Shown one piece after another: positions 39,001 through 52,112 of a stretch of DNA of 64,000 nucleotides (within the stretch, counting starts at the first letter, position 1; every line of letters begins with the position of its first letter). This stretch comes from Camelus dromedarius (lineage: Eukaryota). Where the stretch lies: assembly GCF_036321535.1 (NCBI RefSeq), contig NC_087436.1:74154001-74218000 (forward strand). The letters are read 5' to 3'. The notes beneath the pieces are model-generated. The model was not told where the DNA came from. It saw only the letters and a program-made list of their open reading frames with translations, and ran no database searches. A program made the position numbers and the translations under genes.

Positions 39001-40194
39001 GCATGTCTCCTGGGGCCAGGGAGTAGTCATAGAAACTGTGGACTGAAAGAGAGTGATTGCTGTCTATGAAGCCCTGGCTTGCTCCTAAAGGTTCAGAGGA
39101 ATGCATTTAACTCCAGCAGCTTCAACTCTGTGCACTTGGAAAAATAGAAAAAAAAAAGAAAAGAAATAGACAAAAGAGAATAATTGCAATTTAAATGGTG
39201 CAATGAATTCTATCACTGAATATATATCCTAAAATGAGAATGAGTAGGTGACATGAATCTCATTGGTCTCATTTGGTCTCACCTCCCCACAGAACAAATA
39301 TTTCTTCCTCCTGACTAAGTGTACTGTTTAAACATATATATTTGTCTTAGAACTTGGCATTTAAATTCAAGCCAACTCCTCCTCTATTTAGTGCTGAACC
39401 AGAAAAGCAGAGATCAGTTCCAACACTGGAGGGAAAATGACTGTGCTGGGCTCACAAAGAGGCAGTTATCAAGGTGATGCCTTCCTAGATTTCTCAGGGC
39501 AATTTTGTCTCTATGTGATTTTTATCATATATACTGACTGAGTTTAGACATTAAACTCCTATAAGATAAGGGGCTTCTTATGTTTTGAAGGTGCATCTGA
39601 GTGTATTATTCGGTGGACATCTCTTTACTGCATCTCTTTCCTGTTTATGTCTCTGGTAGAAAAGGGAAGAAAGACTGATGAGTAGATCTGGGAGATGTAA
39701 GGTGTGACAGTATTGCAACATAGTAGTTTTTATTTGTGCAGAGCTTCTTGTATGTTAATTATTCATTAAAATTCTGCTTGATGCTCTAGTGGTGCATTTG
39801 ACAATAGAGTCACAAGGCTAGGTTCTCTTGGATTACCTGATTCAGTCTTCCAACTAATTCTTAAATCCCAAAGAATCATCCAGGGTCAGACTGACTAGCC
39901 CAGTAGCGTAGGACACCTCTCACGTAGAGCAAGCCCGTGATCTTCAGATAGCTCTAACCACGAAAAAGATGTTCCTCCTATATTGAGCCTAATTCCAAAT
40001 TCCTGTAATTTATACCCTTTGATATAGTATATGTGTTCCCAGAGACATGTGGAAATCATGTAATCCCTCTTGTTTTTGGCAGCTCCAAGCCTTTGAAGAG
40101 ACCAATCATGTCCCTACACGTCTCCTTTTCACCGTCCCCTGCTTTTGTTCCACCACTTGTTCCTGATAATGATGTTGATGACAATGATGACACC

Positions 40195-40430
40195 AGAAAT
40201 AATAAATAATCAAATGTATTGGTTACATATTATATGCCAGGTGTCATTTTAAACAGTTTATATATATTGACTCATAGAAATCTTACAACAACCCTACAAA
40301 GTATTATCCCCATCTTATAAAACAGTCACAGAGAGGTAAAGCAATGTGCTCAAAGTTATACAGCTAGTAACAGAGCCTGACTTTGAACCAGGTAATTTTG
40401 CTCCTAAGACTTCCCTCTTAACACCATTGC
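40195..40430 (-). mobile_element. MIR SINE
   Basis: tatgccaggtg...cttacaacaaccctac...cacagagaggtaaagcaatgtgctcaaagttatacagctagtaa. Confidence 0.8.
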
Positions 40431-41596
40431 TAGATGACTCGCCCCTGCTGTGATCCAGGTGGTCCCCATTTTCTGTTAGAATGATGTCCAGGAGTGGCTA
40501 TAGTGCTACCGGTGCTGTCTATGGACCGTGTTTTTCTACTCAGTAAATTTCTGTCAGCGCCACTCAAGTTTCCATTAGCTGCACGCAGTACCTTGTAAAC
40601 ACTGAAGCAAAGGAGAGCTCACCAACTTTATTGGTGTGGTTTTGCCTGTGTCTCATTCAACATGTGATGTTAACTCAAACCAAGCCAATTGGAACAATTA
40701 CTACAGCTTTCCCCCAATATCTGGGCACCTAAAACTAGAAACCACAAATCATAGAAGAGCATCCTCATTGTGTGTGAGAAGGGACCACTGCTGTTACAGC
40801 ACTCAGGGTCCATCATTTTCATCTTTGGGTCGGGGGTAGGTTTGTGTCACTGCTGTTCAACTCAGGAGACTTCGCTAAATCACATGACTTCATTATTAGT
40901 GTTTGGTTCCATAACAAGAGCCTTTTATTTTTTTTAATTGTTCTTGATCTAATCTCCAAAATTCCCTTTAAGGATTTGATTAAAGTTAAATATCTTTGTA
41001 AAAATAGTGACCAGTGATTAAATATGATGGACAGACGCTGATTTATAGGCAATAAGCCCTGGGGTTTTAAGCCACCTGAAGGCGATGTGTGTATTGAAAG
41101 ATAAAACACACAGTTTTCAGAATTAACACTTTATAATGTTGCTATTACAAACATATTATCAAACTCTGGAAATCAGCCTAAATTGCTGGAACCTAAGTAA
41201 AATATCTTGGAAGAAAATAATGATGTTCAAGTCATAAGACATCATTCACTTTATTTTTGAGCATTACAGCAGCCATCCTAAGACTGTGTTCCAAGCCTCC
41301 TCAGCTCACAGTTGAGTTCTGTGTAAACCAATACCACTCAGCCTGCACAAAAGATTTCACAGTTAAGTGCAGAGCATTAACACTGTAGAAGTGGGGATGG
41401 CAGAGTCACTGTGCCCCAGTGGTGTCCATGGTTAATAAGAGGTGATGTGATGTAGATGGATAATAAGAAATTCTGCATGTTGCCAAATGTTCAAATTTTT
41501 TAGTTTCAGTACAGACCACTGTACTTCCTGAGCCTCATTCAATGAATAATTAAGGGCTCACAGGCCTATTGATAAGTATTGGGAGTACAATAAGAC

Positions 41597-42935
41597 CCCC
41601 ACCTTAACCACATGACCAAACTTACCATTACCAATAATGAGCACTGGTGTTCAAATCAAATGTCACAGTTTGCCTCCTGATGTGGTGCACAAAGAAGGGT
41701 ACGCTATCACCCTGCCAAACTTGTTTTAACCTGAATCTAATCACTTGGAAACAATCAGACTAATCCAAATCTGGGGGCTATGTGCAAAACTGACCTGGAC
41801 TCTTTAACAATGTCAGTGTCAAGAAAAAAGATGGAATTGTTGCAGGATTAGGGGCTTATAGAAACATGATAATTAAATACAATGACTGAACCCTGATTGG
41901 ATCTTGAATTTTTTTTAAAAAAGCTATAAATGTCATTGTTAGGAAGTTTGAATATCTACTCTATATTGCATTATATATTATATATACCCTATATTATATA
42001 TACATACTCTGTGTTATATATATACTTCATATTAAATATACTCTGTATTACATAAACTTTGCATTATATTATTGTATTAATGTTATATTTTTGGAGTATG
42101 ATAATGATATTGTAATTATATAAGAGAATGTCTTTATTCCTAGGAGACACATATTACTAAAGTATTGGAGGCCCATATCATGATGCCTAAAGCTTACTTT
42201 CAAAGGGTTCAGTAAAAAAAATTTTTATACCAATGTTAATAGATATATTAATATTTATTTTCTACTATACATTGGTTTTATATTTATACTAATAGATATA
42301 TTCATTAGATACATTGTATGTATATGTATAAACATGTAAGATTATTGTCTTAGTTTCCCAGGGTTGCCATAACAAATTAACATGAACTGGGCGGCCTAAT
42401 ACAACAGAAATTTACTTTCTCATTGATTTGGAGGGGAGAAATCTGAGCTCAGGGTGGTGATGGGACCATGCTTCTGCCAAAGCCAGTACAAGAGGATCCT
42501 TCCTCGCCTATTCCAGCTTCTCGTGGTTGCCAGCCTTCCTTGGCATTCCTTGCTTTGCAGCCACATCTTTGCCTCTGTCTCCATGTGATATTCTCTTTGT
42601 GCATCTTTGTCCAAATTTCCTTCTTCTAAGGACACTAGTCATTGGATTAAGGCCCATCCTAATCCAGTGTGTCTTCATCTTATCTTGAGTCTATCTGCAA
42701 AGACCCTATTTCCAAATAAGGCTGTATTCACAGGTACTGGGTAGACATGAGTTCTTGGGGGACGCTCTTCAACCCAGTGCCGTCAAAGATTTTATAGAGT
42801 TGAGGAAGAAAGGGTGAACAATAGGGCAAAATGTTAACAAATGGTGAAATTTGGTAGAAGGTATATAAATGTTTATCTGCCACTCTTTCATATTTGCTAA
42901 AGGTTTGAAGTTTTCAAAATAAAATAAAACTTGGG
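41597..42935 (+). mobile_element. L1ME/L1MC-type 3'UTR with a nested MLT1
   Basis: ccaccttaaccacatgaccaaa...cctgaatctaatc...aaacaatcagac; resumes after the MLT1 with ggcaaaatgttaacaaatggtgaa...aaaataaaa. Confidence 0.8.
42346..42778 (-). mobile_element. MaLR LTR (MLT1B/C-like)
   Basis: tgtcttagtttcccagggttgccataacaaatt...aaggacactagtcattggattaaggcccatcc...ctgcaaagaccctatttccaaataagg. Confidence 0.9.
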
Positions 42936-42974
42936 GAAATATGTTACACCCCCCCACACACACACACACAAAGG

Positions 42975-44185
42975 TGGGGGAGGAGGGGACACTGCCCTTG
43001 CCCGTAGTCTATCTCGAAGTTACAGAGGACACAGTGGAGGCCATGCATGACGACCTCAGTGCACGTGCGACAGGAGTGGAGGCGATGGTGCTAACTCAGC
43101 TGGGGCTCCTTGGGAAGCGTCTCCATGAGAAGTGACACCCAAATGAACAGGGTTTGAAGGACAGGGTAGGAGTCAGCGGCAGAGTAAGGGTGCACTTGGG
43201 GGACGACCAGTGGGCCAGAATGGTTGCCGCAAAGGGCATTCGCGTAAAAGCGGTAGGAGTGGAGCAGGGAGGGAGGCGGGAAGCCTGTTCCAGAGGATGC
43301 TGCATGAGGGTGCCGGTCCTCACCAGGAAGACCGGGTGCTGCCAAGGCCAGATTTTGAGCAATGTATGACCCGAGCACATTTTCGTTTGGGGGCGAGAGG
43401 TGTGGAGAAGCCTGGAGGCAAACCAACTGGGAGACTGGTGGGACATGCTGGATAACAAACAAGGGGCGTCAGAGTAGGGGAGGGTGCAGGGTGCATGAAA
43501 GCTGAAACCCGGAGGGTGTGGCTGCGGGGTGGATGGAAGTTGCGGAAGAGGGAGGCGGGGTGACTGGCCGGTTGGTGCAGCCCTTCCCTGCAGAGGGTAC
43601 AGGAGGAAGAGAAGGAAGGGCCGGAGGCAGAGGGCGGTGGAGAGGGTAAAGGCTGTTTTCAGTCCCGGTGTGCTGAACTTGAAGGCCCAGGCGGAGGCCT
43701 CCGGGAGCTGCTGGAAGCCCGGCAAAGGGACCTGGCCCACATCGTGCATATACTGGTGTTAAGTGAAATCATGGATTTTGAGATTTCCCATTTAGAGTGT
43801 AGAGAGGAGAAGAAGGACGTAGAGACAAGGAGAAGGCTGGGCATAGATCCTGAAAAGCAGGGTAAAAGGAGAATTGGACAGAGGGGTGGGAGGAAGGCCA
43901 GGAGCCTGCCGTCAGGAAGTCCAAGAGGAGGGTGTTCGTGGGGAGGGAGAGGACAGCAAGGTCAGACAGCACACAGGGGCTGACACGAGTCCTTTCCCTT
44001 TTACAACCGGGAAGTCTTCCCGGTTTTAATGAGGCGGAGGTCAGATGGCCAAGGACCAGGCGTTTAATTAAAGGGAAAGAAGCATGGAGCCAATCTGGGC
44101 AGAATATTCTTTCTCAAACCTTGGCCGAGAAGAGTAGAGAGATAGGGCAGTGGTTAGCAGAGAACTGCAGTGTAGGGTCAAGGTG
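42975..44185 (-). mobile_element. L2 LINE relic, unusually CpG-rich
   Basis: Collinear L2 landmarks: gggaagcgtctccatgagaagtgaca, gattttgagca, gcatatactggtgttaagtgaaatcatgg...agagtgtagagaggagaagaa, agagatagggcagtggttag...gggtcaag. Confidence 0.75.
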
Positions 44186-44415
44186 AGTCACGCGCAGCTC
44201 TCCACAGGGCAAGGGCAGGCGAACACTTTTATACAAGGAAGAGGAAGCTGGGAGGACTATAGTCAACAAAGAGTCCCTGGCTTTTCATTGGCTGAGACCT
44301 TACCCTGAGGTAGGCGTGTGGAGAGTTGTTTTCTCCTTCCTTTTGAGCTTGGCTGTCCTCCCAGGGTGCGAGGGCTCCCCCTTCCGGACTCTGTGTAATT
44401 GAGATTTCTGCTTCC
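44186..44415 (-). mobile_element. ERV LTR fragment (U3 with reverse TATA and CCAAT)
   Basis: acttttata and cattggctgag in reverse orientation; sits between the L2 and an L1. Confidence 0.45.
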
Positions 44416-44419
44416 TCAT

Positions 44420-44950
44420 GTTTTTACAAGATGCACCGCAGTTGAACCACTCAGCTACTGAGGGACGTTTTGGTTGTTCCCACTTACGGGCTATTACAAA
44501 TAAAGCTGCCAAGAGCAATTGTGTGTACAGGTTACTATGTGGATGTAAGTTTTCATTTCTCTGGAACAGATGCCCAGGAGTGCAGTTGCTGGGTCATGTG
44601 GTAAGTGTGTTTGGTTTTAAAAGAGATTACCAAACTATTTTCCAGAGTGGCTGCAGCATTTTCCATTCCCCTCAGCAATGTATGAGAGGTCAAGTTTCTC
44701 CATATCTTCGTTAGCATTTGGTATTATTACTATTTTTTATTTTAGTTAGGTGTATAATAGCATCTCACTGTGGTCTTAATAATTTACACCTCCCTAAAGG
44801 CTAGTAATGTTGATCACCTTTTCATGTCCGTATTTACTGTCATATATCCTCTTTGTCTGAGGATCTCTTCATGTCTTTGGCCCATGTTCCCATTTGTATT
44901 GTTTGGTTTTTTTAATGCATAGTTTCGAGTGTTCTTTCAGTATGGTTTTT
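44420..44950 (-). mobile_element. Old L1 ORF2 3' fragment
   Basis: Track ORF 44300..44518 (AALFVIARKWEQPKRPS) is the L1 ORF2 C-terminus. Confidence 0.85.
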
Positions 44951-47057
44951 CAAGGTTCTTAAATCTCATTCTTCTAAGCACAGAGCCTGTTCTAATTTAG
45001 CCCTAACCAGCAGGGTCTTGACTCTGCTTCAACATGGTTGCAAGGATCCAATCCTTTATTATTCAACAGGGGCATTTCCCCCTATATCCCATTCGAAAAT
45101 CGTCCGTGACATCCTCTGCTCTTCTGTGGCCGTGCCCTGAGTCTACCTTTGTGCTGTCCGGACTTTTTAGTCTCAGACTCCCTCCTGACCTCATGGTCAG
45201 CTTTGTGAGCTGAAACTACACCTGGGAAATTGTACTTCTTTTGCTGGATGCACAAGCTTCTGGATGCAAAAAAGAAGAAGGAGAAAGGGAAGGAAGACGA
45301 GAAGGAGGAGGAGGAGTTAGTTGGCTCCTGTGCCCTGCTCTTCTGTGCACCAGCCTGTTTGAGATTTGTCTGCTGTCCCCAAAGGCAAAGAGTAAATGGT
45401 AAAGGGCAGAAACATAAAAATCTGATGTCCTACAGACAGTGGCCCCCTTTGAACATGGTTTGCAGCCACAGAAAGGAAATAAAGGAATGTGGGAGAGGAG
45501 GCCTCAGGGAGGAAGTCCTGGGTCCACCGTACACCACACGGATTGATGGCCTTCCCTGACGCACTCGGAGCCTCTGACAGGTTATTTTTAACTGCCACAT
45601 TGTAAAGTCAATGTTTGCACTTTGATAAGTGTCCTGTCCAGTGGCTTGTTCTAAACTCTGGCCTGGGAGGTGACTGGAAGAGTCTGGGAGTGGTCTGTGA
45701 GAAAGAAATGGAGTGAGTGAAATATAATAATCCTGTAGCCGCCAGACCTGATATCCACGACAGATCAAACAACCTCCGTGCGTTGTGATCCACTGCTTGC
45801 ATCACCTGGTCACGCGCTGTTGGTGGAATTTGCAGAATGGATTGTTCTCTCGAGTCACCCGATACCCCTGAACAATGGGCGCACACATTCCCAGTTTTAT
45901 GTAAGAGCTAGCAAGGAATGCTCCCTCCACCTGATCAGAAGCAGGAAGCTGGTGCCTGGCTGCCTGCTTCCCTGCCTCCCTCCTCCAGCTTTCTCCTCCT
46001 CCTCCTCCTTATCCTCCCGTCCATCTTTAAGGAAAAAAATAAGAAGGAAAGCGGAAAGCAAGAGCGATCCATTGCGCAGAGGTCACCGGGAGAACAATGC
46101 CGCAGGTTGGGGTGAAGATAAACATGGGAAACTAGGGACACCTTGGGTTTTGGGGTTTTTTTTTTCACTTCATAGAATTTGTTTTCTTTTCTTTGTTGGT
46201 TTTTCTCATTGAATACTCTTCTAGAAAAAAAAACATTAAAGTGTGAGCTATTTTGAGGCCCTGCCTTACTCATACATTGAGATTTCAGAGCTGAGAGAGT
46301 CCCCCTCTCCAGCTGCAACATTGCTGGGGTTTTGGGTTGCCTGTAACACAACCCACTCAAACTAGGTTAAACAAAAAAAGAGATGGACTGACTCAGAAAG
46401 GTCAGAAGCAGTGGTCTCAAAGTCGATTTGATTTAGTAACTTGCCAGATGGTTTTTCTTTACCTTCCGTGTTGTCAATTTCAAGCTAAGGCCAGCTCCAT
46501 GTTTCAGTGTCCACCTCTAGAGAGAGGAGGTTAGTCCTTAGTGCTGGCTGATCGCCCGTGAGCAGCCCCTCTGACCTGGGAAATGTCATGTGCTGACTGG
46601 CCGAGGCCTTGGCTTCCCTGACGTGGTCCCTGTGGCGATGGGGGTGGGCTCCCCAGGATCAGCCCAGTCACCTCAGCTACTTCCCAATGAGGGAAGCTGG
46701 AGCGGATGCGAGGGTGACAGCCGCAAGGGACATCACTCCATCCCCTAAAAGGGTCCCTCTAATTCCTGCACTGAGGATTAAAACTCCTTTAAGAGGTTGT
46801 CAAGGCTCTCACTCTGAAATTTGAGATAAAATTGAACGAGTAACAGTGAATTTACATTAAAATGTATTCAGAGAGTACATTTTTACTAATGCAAATATCA
46901 AGTGAGAAGTTATTTCTCTATAACTGAATTAAACTAACTCATGAGCCCTATTTCTATTTGGTAATAGAAAACTAAATCTTTCTAGTTCAAGATAAATTCA
47001 GTTACTTCTGGTTTAAAACTTAGGGGTTTTTTGCTTGTTTTTTTAAGAAAAGCACAG

Positions 47058-47204
47058 AGGGGAGGTTATAGCTCAGTGGTAGAGTGCCTGCTTAGTGTAC
47101 ACAAGGTCCTGGGTTCAATCCCCAGTACCTCCATTAAATAAACAAACAAACAAACCTAATTACCTCCCCCCTAAAAAAAAAAAGTAAACAAAATTTAAAA
47201 AAAA
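47058..47204 (+). mobile_element. tRNA-derived SINE (Vic-1-like), young
   Basis: A and B boxes, acctaattacctcccc, A tail; perfect TSD AAGAAAAGCACAG at 47045-47057 and 47205-47217. Confidence 0.92.
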
Positions 47205-48449
47205 AAGAAAAGCACAGGTTAGTATTTAAATGAACCTCCCTCCCTGCCCCCACATACTCCCTTAATCTTCTCACCGTCTTCTGCTGGAGAATTTGCCCTT
47301 TGCCAGGACGGTCTGCGTTGGGAGCTTTTCCTTCCACAGAACTTTTGTAGCAGTCATAGAAGAAAGAGAAAAGGGTGTATGATACACCATGGCAGGTACT
47401 ATCTCCCTGAGGAGTGTGAGGAAAGATGTCTGCCAACCACTCCATCTAGGAGCCCGCAAGGGCGTGTCTCTGATCTGGGCACTACTGATGGCCGTCGCCA
47501 GGGACTCTAGACCAGCAGATTCTCCGAGGACTCTCAGCACACCAGGGCAGGAGCAGTGTCAGGATCTGACTCGATGCAGGAAACTCGGTGCTTCAGTAAA
47601 TTCTTAGTGAAGTTAAGATTTTCCTTCACCTCTCGCTCTTTTTTTTTTTTTTTTTAAACTTTCTCCCTAAGAGTGATCTTGGTTCCTGGCGTTCTTATGT
47701 ATGACCTTGACATTTAAGTGTGGGCAGCTAAGAGGTCTTCCTCGTGAGGAGCCTCTTCTGAGCTAGCTTTGGCTTTTGGCATCTGCCCTCACTCCAGCCG
47801 CTGCTGGTATCCATAGTTGGCCTCTGCCCTGTGGTACACTGTCAGGGTATTCTCAGTCTGTGGCCTTTCTCTCAGCCATACTCCTGCCCCGTCTCAGGGG
47901 CAGAGGTGGGAAGGAGGGAAGTCACGGGAGGATGGCAGTGGCTCTTCTGCGCTGCTCTGCTGCCCTAGGAAACATAGATGTGGAGGTTGGGAGGTTGCTG
48001 CCCTGCGGCCTTGCTACTCTGCTGCAGCCCTGCGTGTTGGCACAGGGCTCTTTGGAGAATGTTTCCTCGCAGGACTCCCGATGGGGAGCGGAGACACAAG
48101 TCCTCCTGCTCCCAGATCCTCAGATCTCTTTTCTCTCCCTCCTTCCCCTGGGGTTGGTCTCTCCATCTTGACCAACAACTCACTCTCTTGCTCTCTTCTT
48201 TATTTTCCTTCCAGCCCAGCAAAGATTTTTTTTAATCATCTCTGTCTGGTTTGGAGGGAGGAGGGAGGCTTACACGACTTTCACTCTTAAACTCTCTTGG
48301 TTATGGCATAAACCCTGCTACTTAGTAGTTTTGCTCTAGATCTGGACCTTGACTGCAGTCATGTGATTTGGAACCATTTTACTCAGCTTTAGCAAAGCAA
48401 AAGAACTTCCTCAGAAATTGAACAGAATGATACACTCAAGTTATTTCAG

Positions 48450-48548
48450 TTTTAAAATTTTTTATTTCATTTTTCCCCCCTTAATAGGACCTCATGCATG
48501 CCAAGCACACGCCCTACCACTGAGCTAATCACCCGTCCCCACACTCCC
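48450..48548 (-). mobile_element. Internally deleted Vic-1-like SINE
   Basis: ggacctcatgcatgccaagcacacgccctaccactgagcta; TSD-like ctcaagttatttc / ctcaggtttatttc. Confidence 0.7.
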
Positions 48549-49174
48549 TCAGGTTTATTTCTTACTGATTTTGTTGTTGGAAACACATTTGGCACAATTT
48601 CACCTTTGCTGGGGCTTTTGGTCCAGTTCTCTTAAGGTGAATACTGTGCTATAGAGACCTGATACTCACTTTTTTCTTCAGAGATTCTCATTTTTAACAC
48701 TGAAAAACAAAATGGTCTTGTCTGAAAAAGCCACTGCTTGCAAGGGAAATGGGAAGGCTAGGAGTAAAAGGGAACTGTTTCTGCTACATCATTAATAGGC
48801 TGGTTTTCCAAGGTGCAGATTGACTAGGTATTGGGTAAACACTGAATGAAATCTGACTGAATTCTTTTAGTGTGTTGTGCCACAACTTTGTGTTCATTTC
48901 CCTTTTTCTATTGGGGAATCTGCTTCATGAAGAGGCACCTACAAGTTCTAGGCTCCCAGAACAAGACCTAGACCAGATGCTGTGATGGGCAGCTCACAGC
49001 CACAGCCTGACTCTCCATCCTCCACAGTCTTGTAAATAGATACACACCTCTTGGTTCCTTCAGTGCTCAACTGAGAGTAAATACCACTGAAATGGTGGGG
49101 GGTTCCTTAGGATTAAAACTTGTGTATAGGTCTGTTATCTTTAATATATTCAGTTGTTTTTCCTCTTTTCTCAG

Positions 49175-49198
49175 TTGACTTTGAATCTAACCTTCTAG
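49175..49198 (+). other. Candidate 24-nt frame-preserving microexon
   Basis: tttttcctcttttctcAG|TTGACTTTGAATCTAACCTTCTAG|GTGAGT; only phase 1 is stop-free (xDFESNLLx). Confidence 0.4.
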
Positions 49199-52112
49199 GT
49201 GAGTAAGCAGTAAACACTCACAGGATGAAAAATATAACTTAGAGGAAGAAAATTCAGGGAAAGATTTTGTTTCCAGGGAGAGAGATGAAGCACATAAGAT
49301 CTTTAACTCTCACACCTGTAAAAGCTTCTACTAAACTGAACACGGAGCAGCAAGGACCAGATTAACAAGTAACACTCAGATGAGAAGCCCTGCTCACCTT
49401 TTGCTTCTGTATCTTGTGGACGGGGATGGTCACACATCGGAGGCTCCATACTGACTAGCTAGTCTTTGAAAGAATAGCTAGCTCCTACCAGCTTCTCAGT
49501 GTGCTCAGATGTATAGAAAGGAAAAATTGCCAAGGATTGTACTTGCTTTCCCAGATTGCCCTGGGGTACATTAGATTAGCCTCAAAGACTGATCCCCATG
49601 TTTCTAGTGTAGTAGGAGGTGTGCTGTTTGCTTGGCTTTGCAGTTTCCACCTCCAGAACCCTCCCACTCAGAGTGACTGTATAGTAAGATCTTTTTGCAC
49701 AATCAGATGACAGAATTTCCATTAAAACGGTAGTCAAATGATAACCCTGAAAGCACTGGGTACTGAAAATACAACTAAGTGGATAACCCAGTAAAGCGAG
49801 GGTTTGGCCAATGTCCAACACCAGCATCACAGAGGGACTCAGCTACTTTCCCTCTTAAAATAAAAACAAAAATATAATTCATCCTTTGGAGATATTTGTG
49901 AAAACTTTACAACACCACATATATAATTTGATGGTACACTGACATGTAATATAGTGGCTAAGAGCACGGTTTTTGTAGTCACAGCCTTGGATTTAAAACT
50001 CAGCTCAGCCACTTTCTTACCCCAGGCAAGATACTTACCCCTGTCCAAACTCGAGCTCAAGCTCCAGTGTGCCATGAATGGTGTCCACGTGTGCTGAAAG
50101 ACTGGTCCTCCCAGCCCTTGAGGAGGTGCTGGGATGGGGAAAAGATTAGAAACATTACCATAATCTGAGCTTCCACATCTATCAGTCATAACTGTATCAT
50201 CCTCACGCAGCTGGTTTCAGGATGAAATGCAGACCCCCTCGAAGCGTTCAGTAGAGCACTTAGTAAGCGATTACCAAACAGCAGCGTGCAGTCCGCCAGC
50301 CGTCCAATTTAGCCAGCATTTGAAAAATGTCTAAAAGGCAATTCCCTCCCACTCCATTGCACAAAAAAGAATCCTGAAAGCCAGGAGCAAGGCCATCAAA
50401 GTAGTCATTCCTTTCCAGGAAGGTCAGTGTTGATGGCCATTGGAACCAACCCCTGCTCTCTTCTGCCAACTTGCTCTGGAATGCTTCCTTCTTTTACAAT
50501 AAGTAACTGGAAAATATGCACACTTCAGCCTCCTGTTCCACTGGGAATAAAATAATTCCCTCACATAGGAGAGCCTTCTGTGGTTGATTTTCAATATATA
50601 GGACGAACTAGGGTTAGGCTTTATCTTTCCTCACATAGCAGATTTTAATGAGCTATCGTTTTGTTTGGTTTTTCTTATGGACAACTTATAATTTACTTCA
50701 CTATTCTGTGCTTACTGTTGGGGTATTATTAGGGTCAGTAAAGTGGCAAGACTGTCTATAAAAGGTAGAAGCCTCATTAACTTGAAAAGAACACTCAAAA
50801 AACCCAAGGGAGGTTTAGTGATTTCACAGAGAAACCCAATGGCGGGTGTCACTGGAGTCAGAAACCATTGTTCCCATCACTCTAGAGCCTGTTTCCAGGC
50901 TGTTCCCATTTGTCGCCAAGAGGCCTTCTGCTCCAGTATCTCAGCAGATAGATGGCTGTGGACAGAAGACAGAGGTGAAGAGTCTCTGGGCATCAGCTTA
51001 GAGAATACTGCTGTGGAAAAGCCAAGAATGAGCTGAGAACTGGGGCAGGATGTTTAAAAGTAACACACCCTGTAAAGTGATACGCATATGAAACCCTCAT
51101 CCTCTCTTCTTAACCCAATCGGCTGTTTGGATGTAAGAAATAATAACCAAATATATGTACTTAATTGTTAAGAAGTTTGCACACAATCTGGGAAGCTATC
51201 AATTAAGCAGAAGTGAAGGGAGTCTTACTTTAGCCAAGTTTTATTTTTGCAACTGCAGAACACACTGCTGTGTCTGGGGTAGTTACTGTCTTAGGGCAGA
51301 GACCGGAGTCTGGAGACTGCATTTCCAGTGCCTGCTCTGTAACTCTTCAGCTCTATGACCCTGGGCAGGATAAAGGACATCTTACATCATTCTCCACCTG
51401 TAAAATTATTATTTATAAGGTTTAAGTGTCCATGGAGGGAAATTCAGAGACCTAGGGATCCAATAAAGGGGATTATGCACGGAATGACCTGAACCGGTGC
51501 ATGGTATGCAGTTGTAGGTGCACCATAAGGTGGCCTTCTGGAGTGTGCGCAGAGCATAGAACCCCAGCTTTCAGAGCTGGGTGGCTGAGTTATTCCATCT
51601 CCTCCATTTGTCTTACTTGTCTCTACTCTGATCCACTGTGCACTGATTTCTACAAATTAAATTCTTATAAAATAATCTATTTCTTGCATTTCCAAGCTAC
51701 TAGGGGTAAGATGTGATACTCACTGGAGCTCTCAATTTCAAATCTATGTGCTTACTTTGGTCACAGCACTTACCGCACGGCAGGTAAATTGTTTGTTTAG
51801 TTGTCTGTTTCCCCTTGACTGAGAATTCGTTGCCGTACGGGGTGTCTCACTTTTGGAGCTCTATCTCCCTAGGACTTAGCACAACGTCTGATGCAAAGCA
51901 GATGCTCAATGAATGTTTATTATTGTCATTGCCAAATGAAACATAAAGAAAGATGTAGCCCAATCCATTTGAATTTAGACTTACCCGGAGACATAGAAAG
52001 TTGGTGGAAGAGTTGTGTCCTCACAGAGCCTAGGCAATGGTGGGACACCAAAGGGCACTTGTCACTGTTACCTGGCACTGCAGGGATGGTCAGCATTGTT
52101 AGCCTGCAGTTT

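Noticed and set aside
43096..43749. 217-aa minus-strand ORF as a gene or processed pseudogene
   Set aside because: It lies within an L2 relic, resembles no protein I recognise, and its length is explained by high GC.
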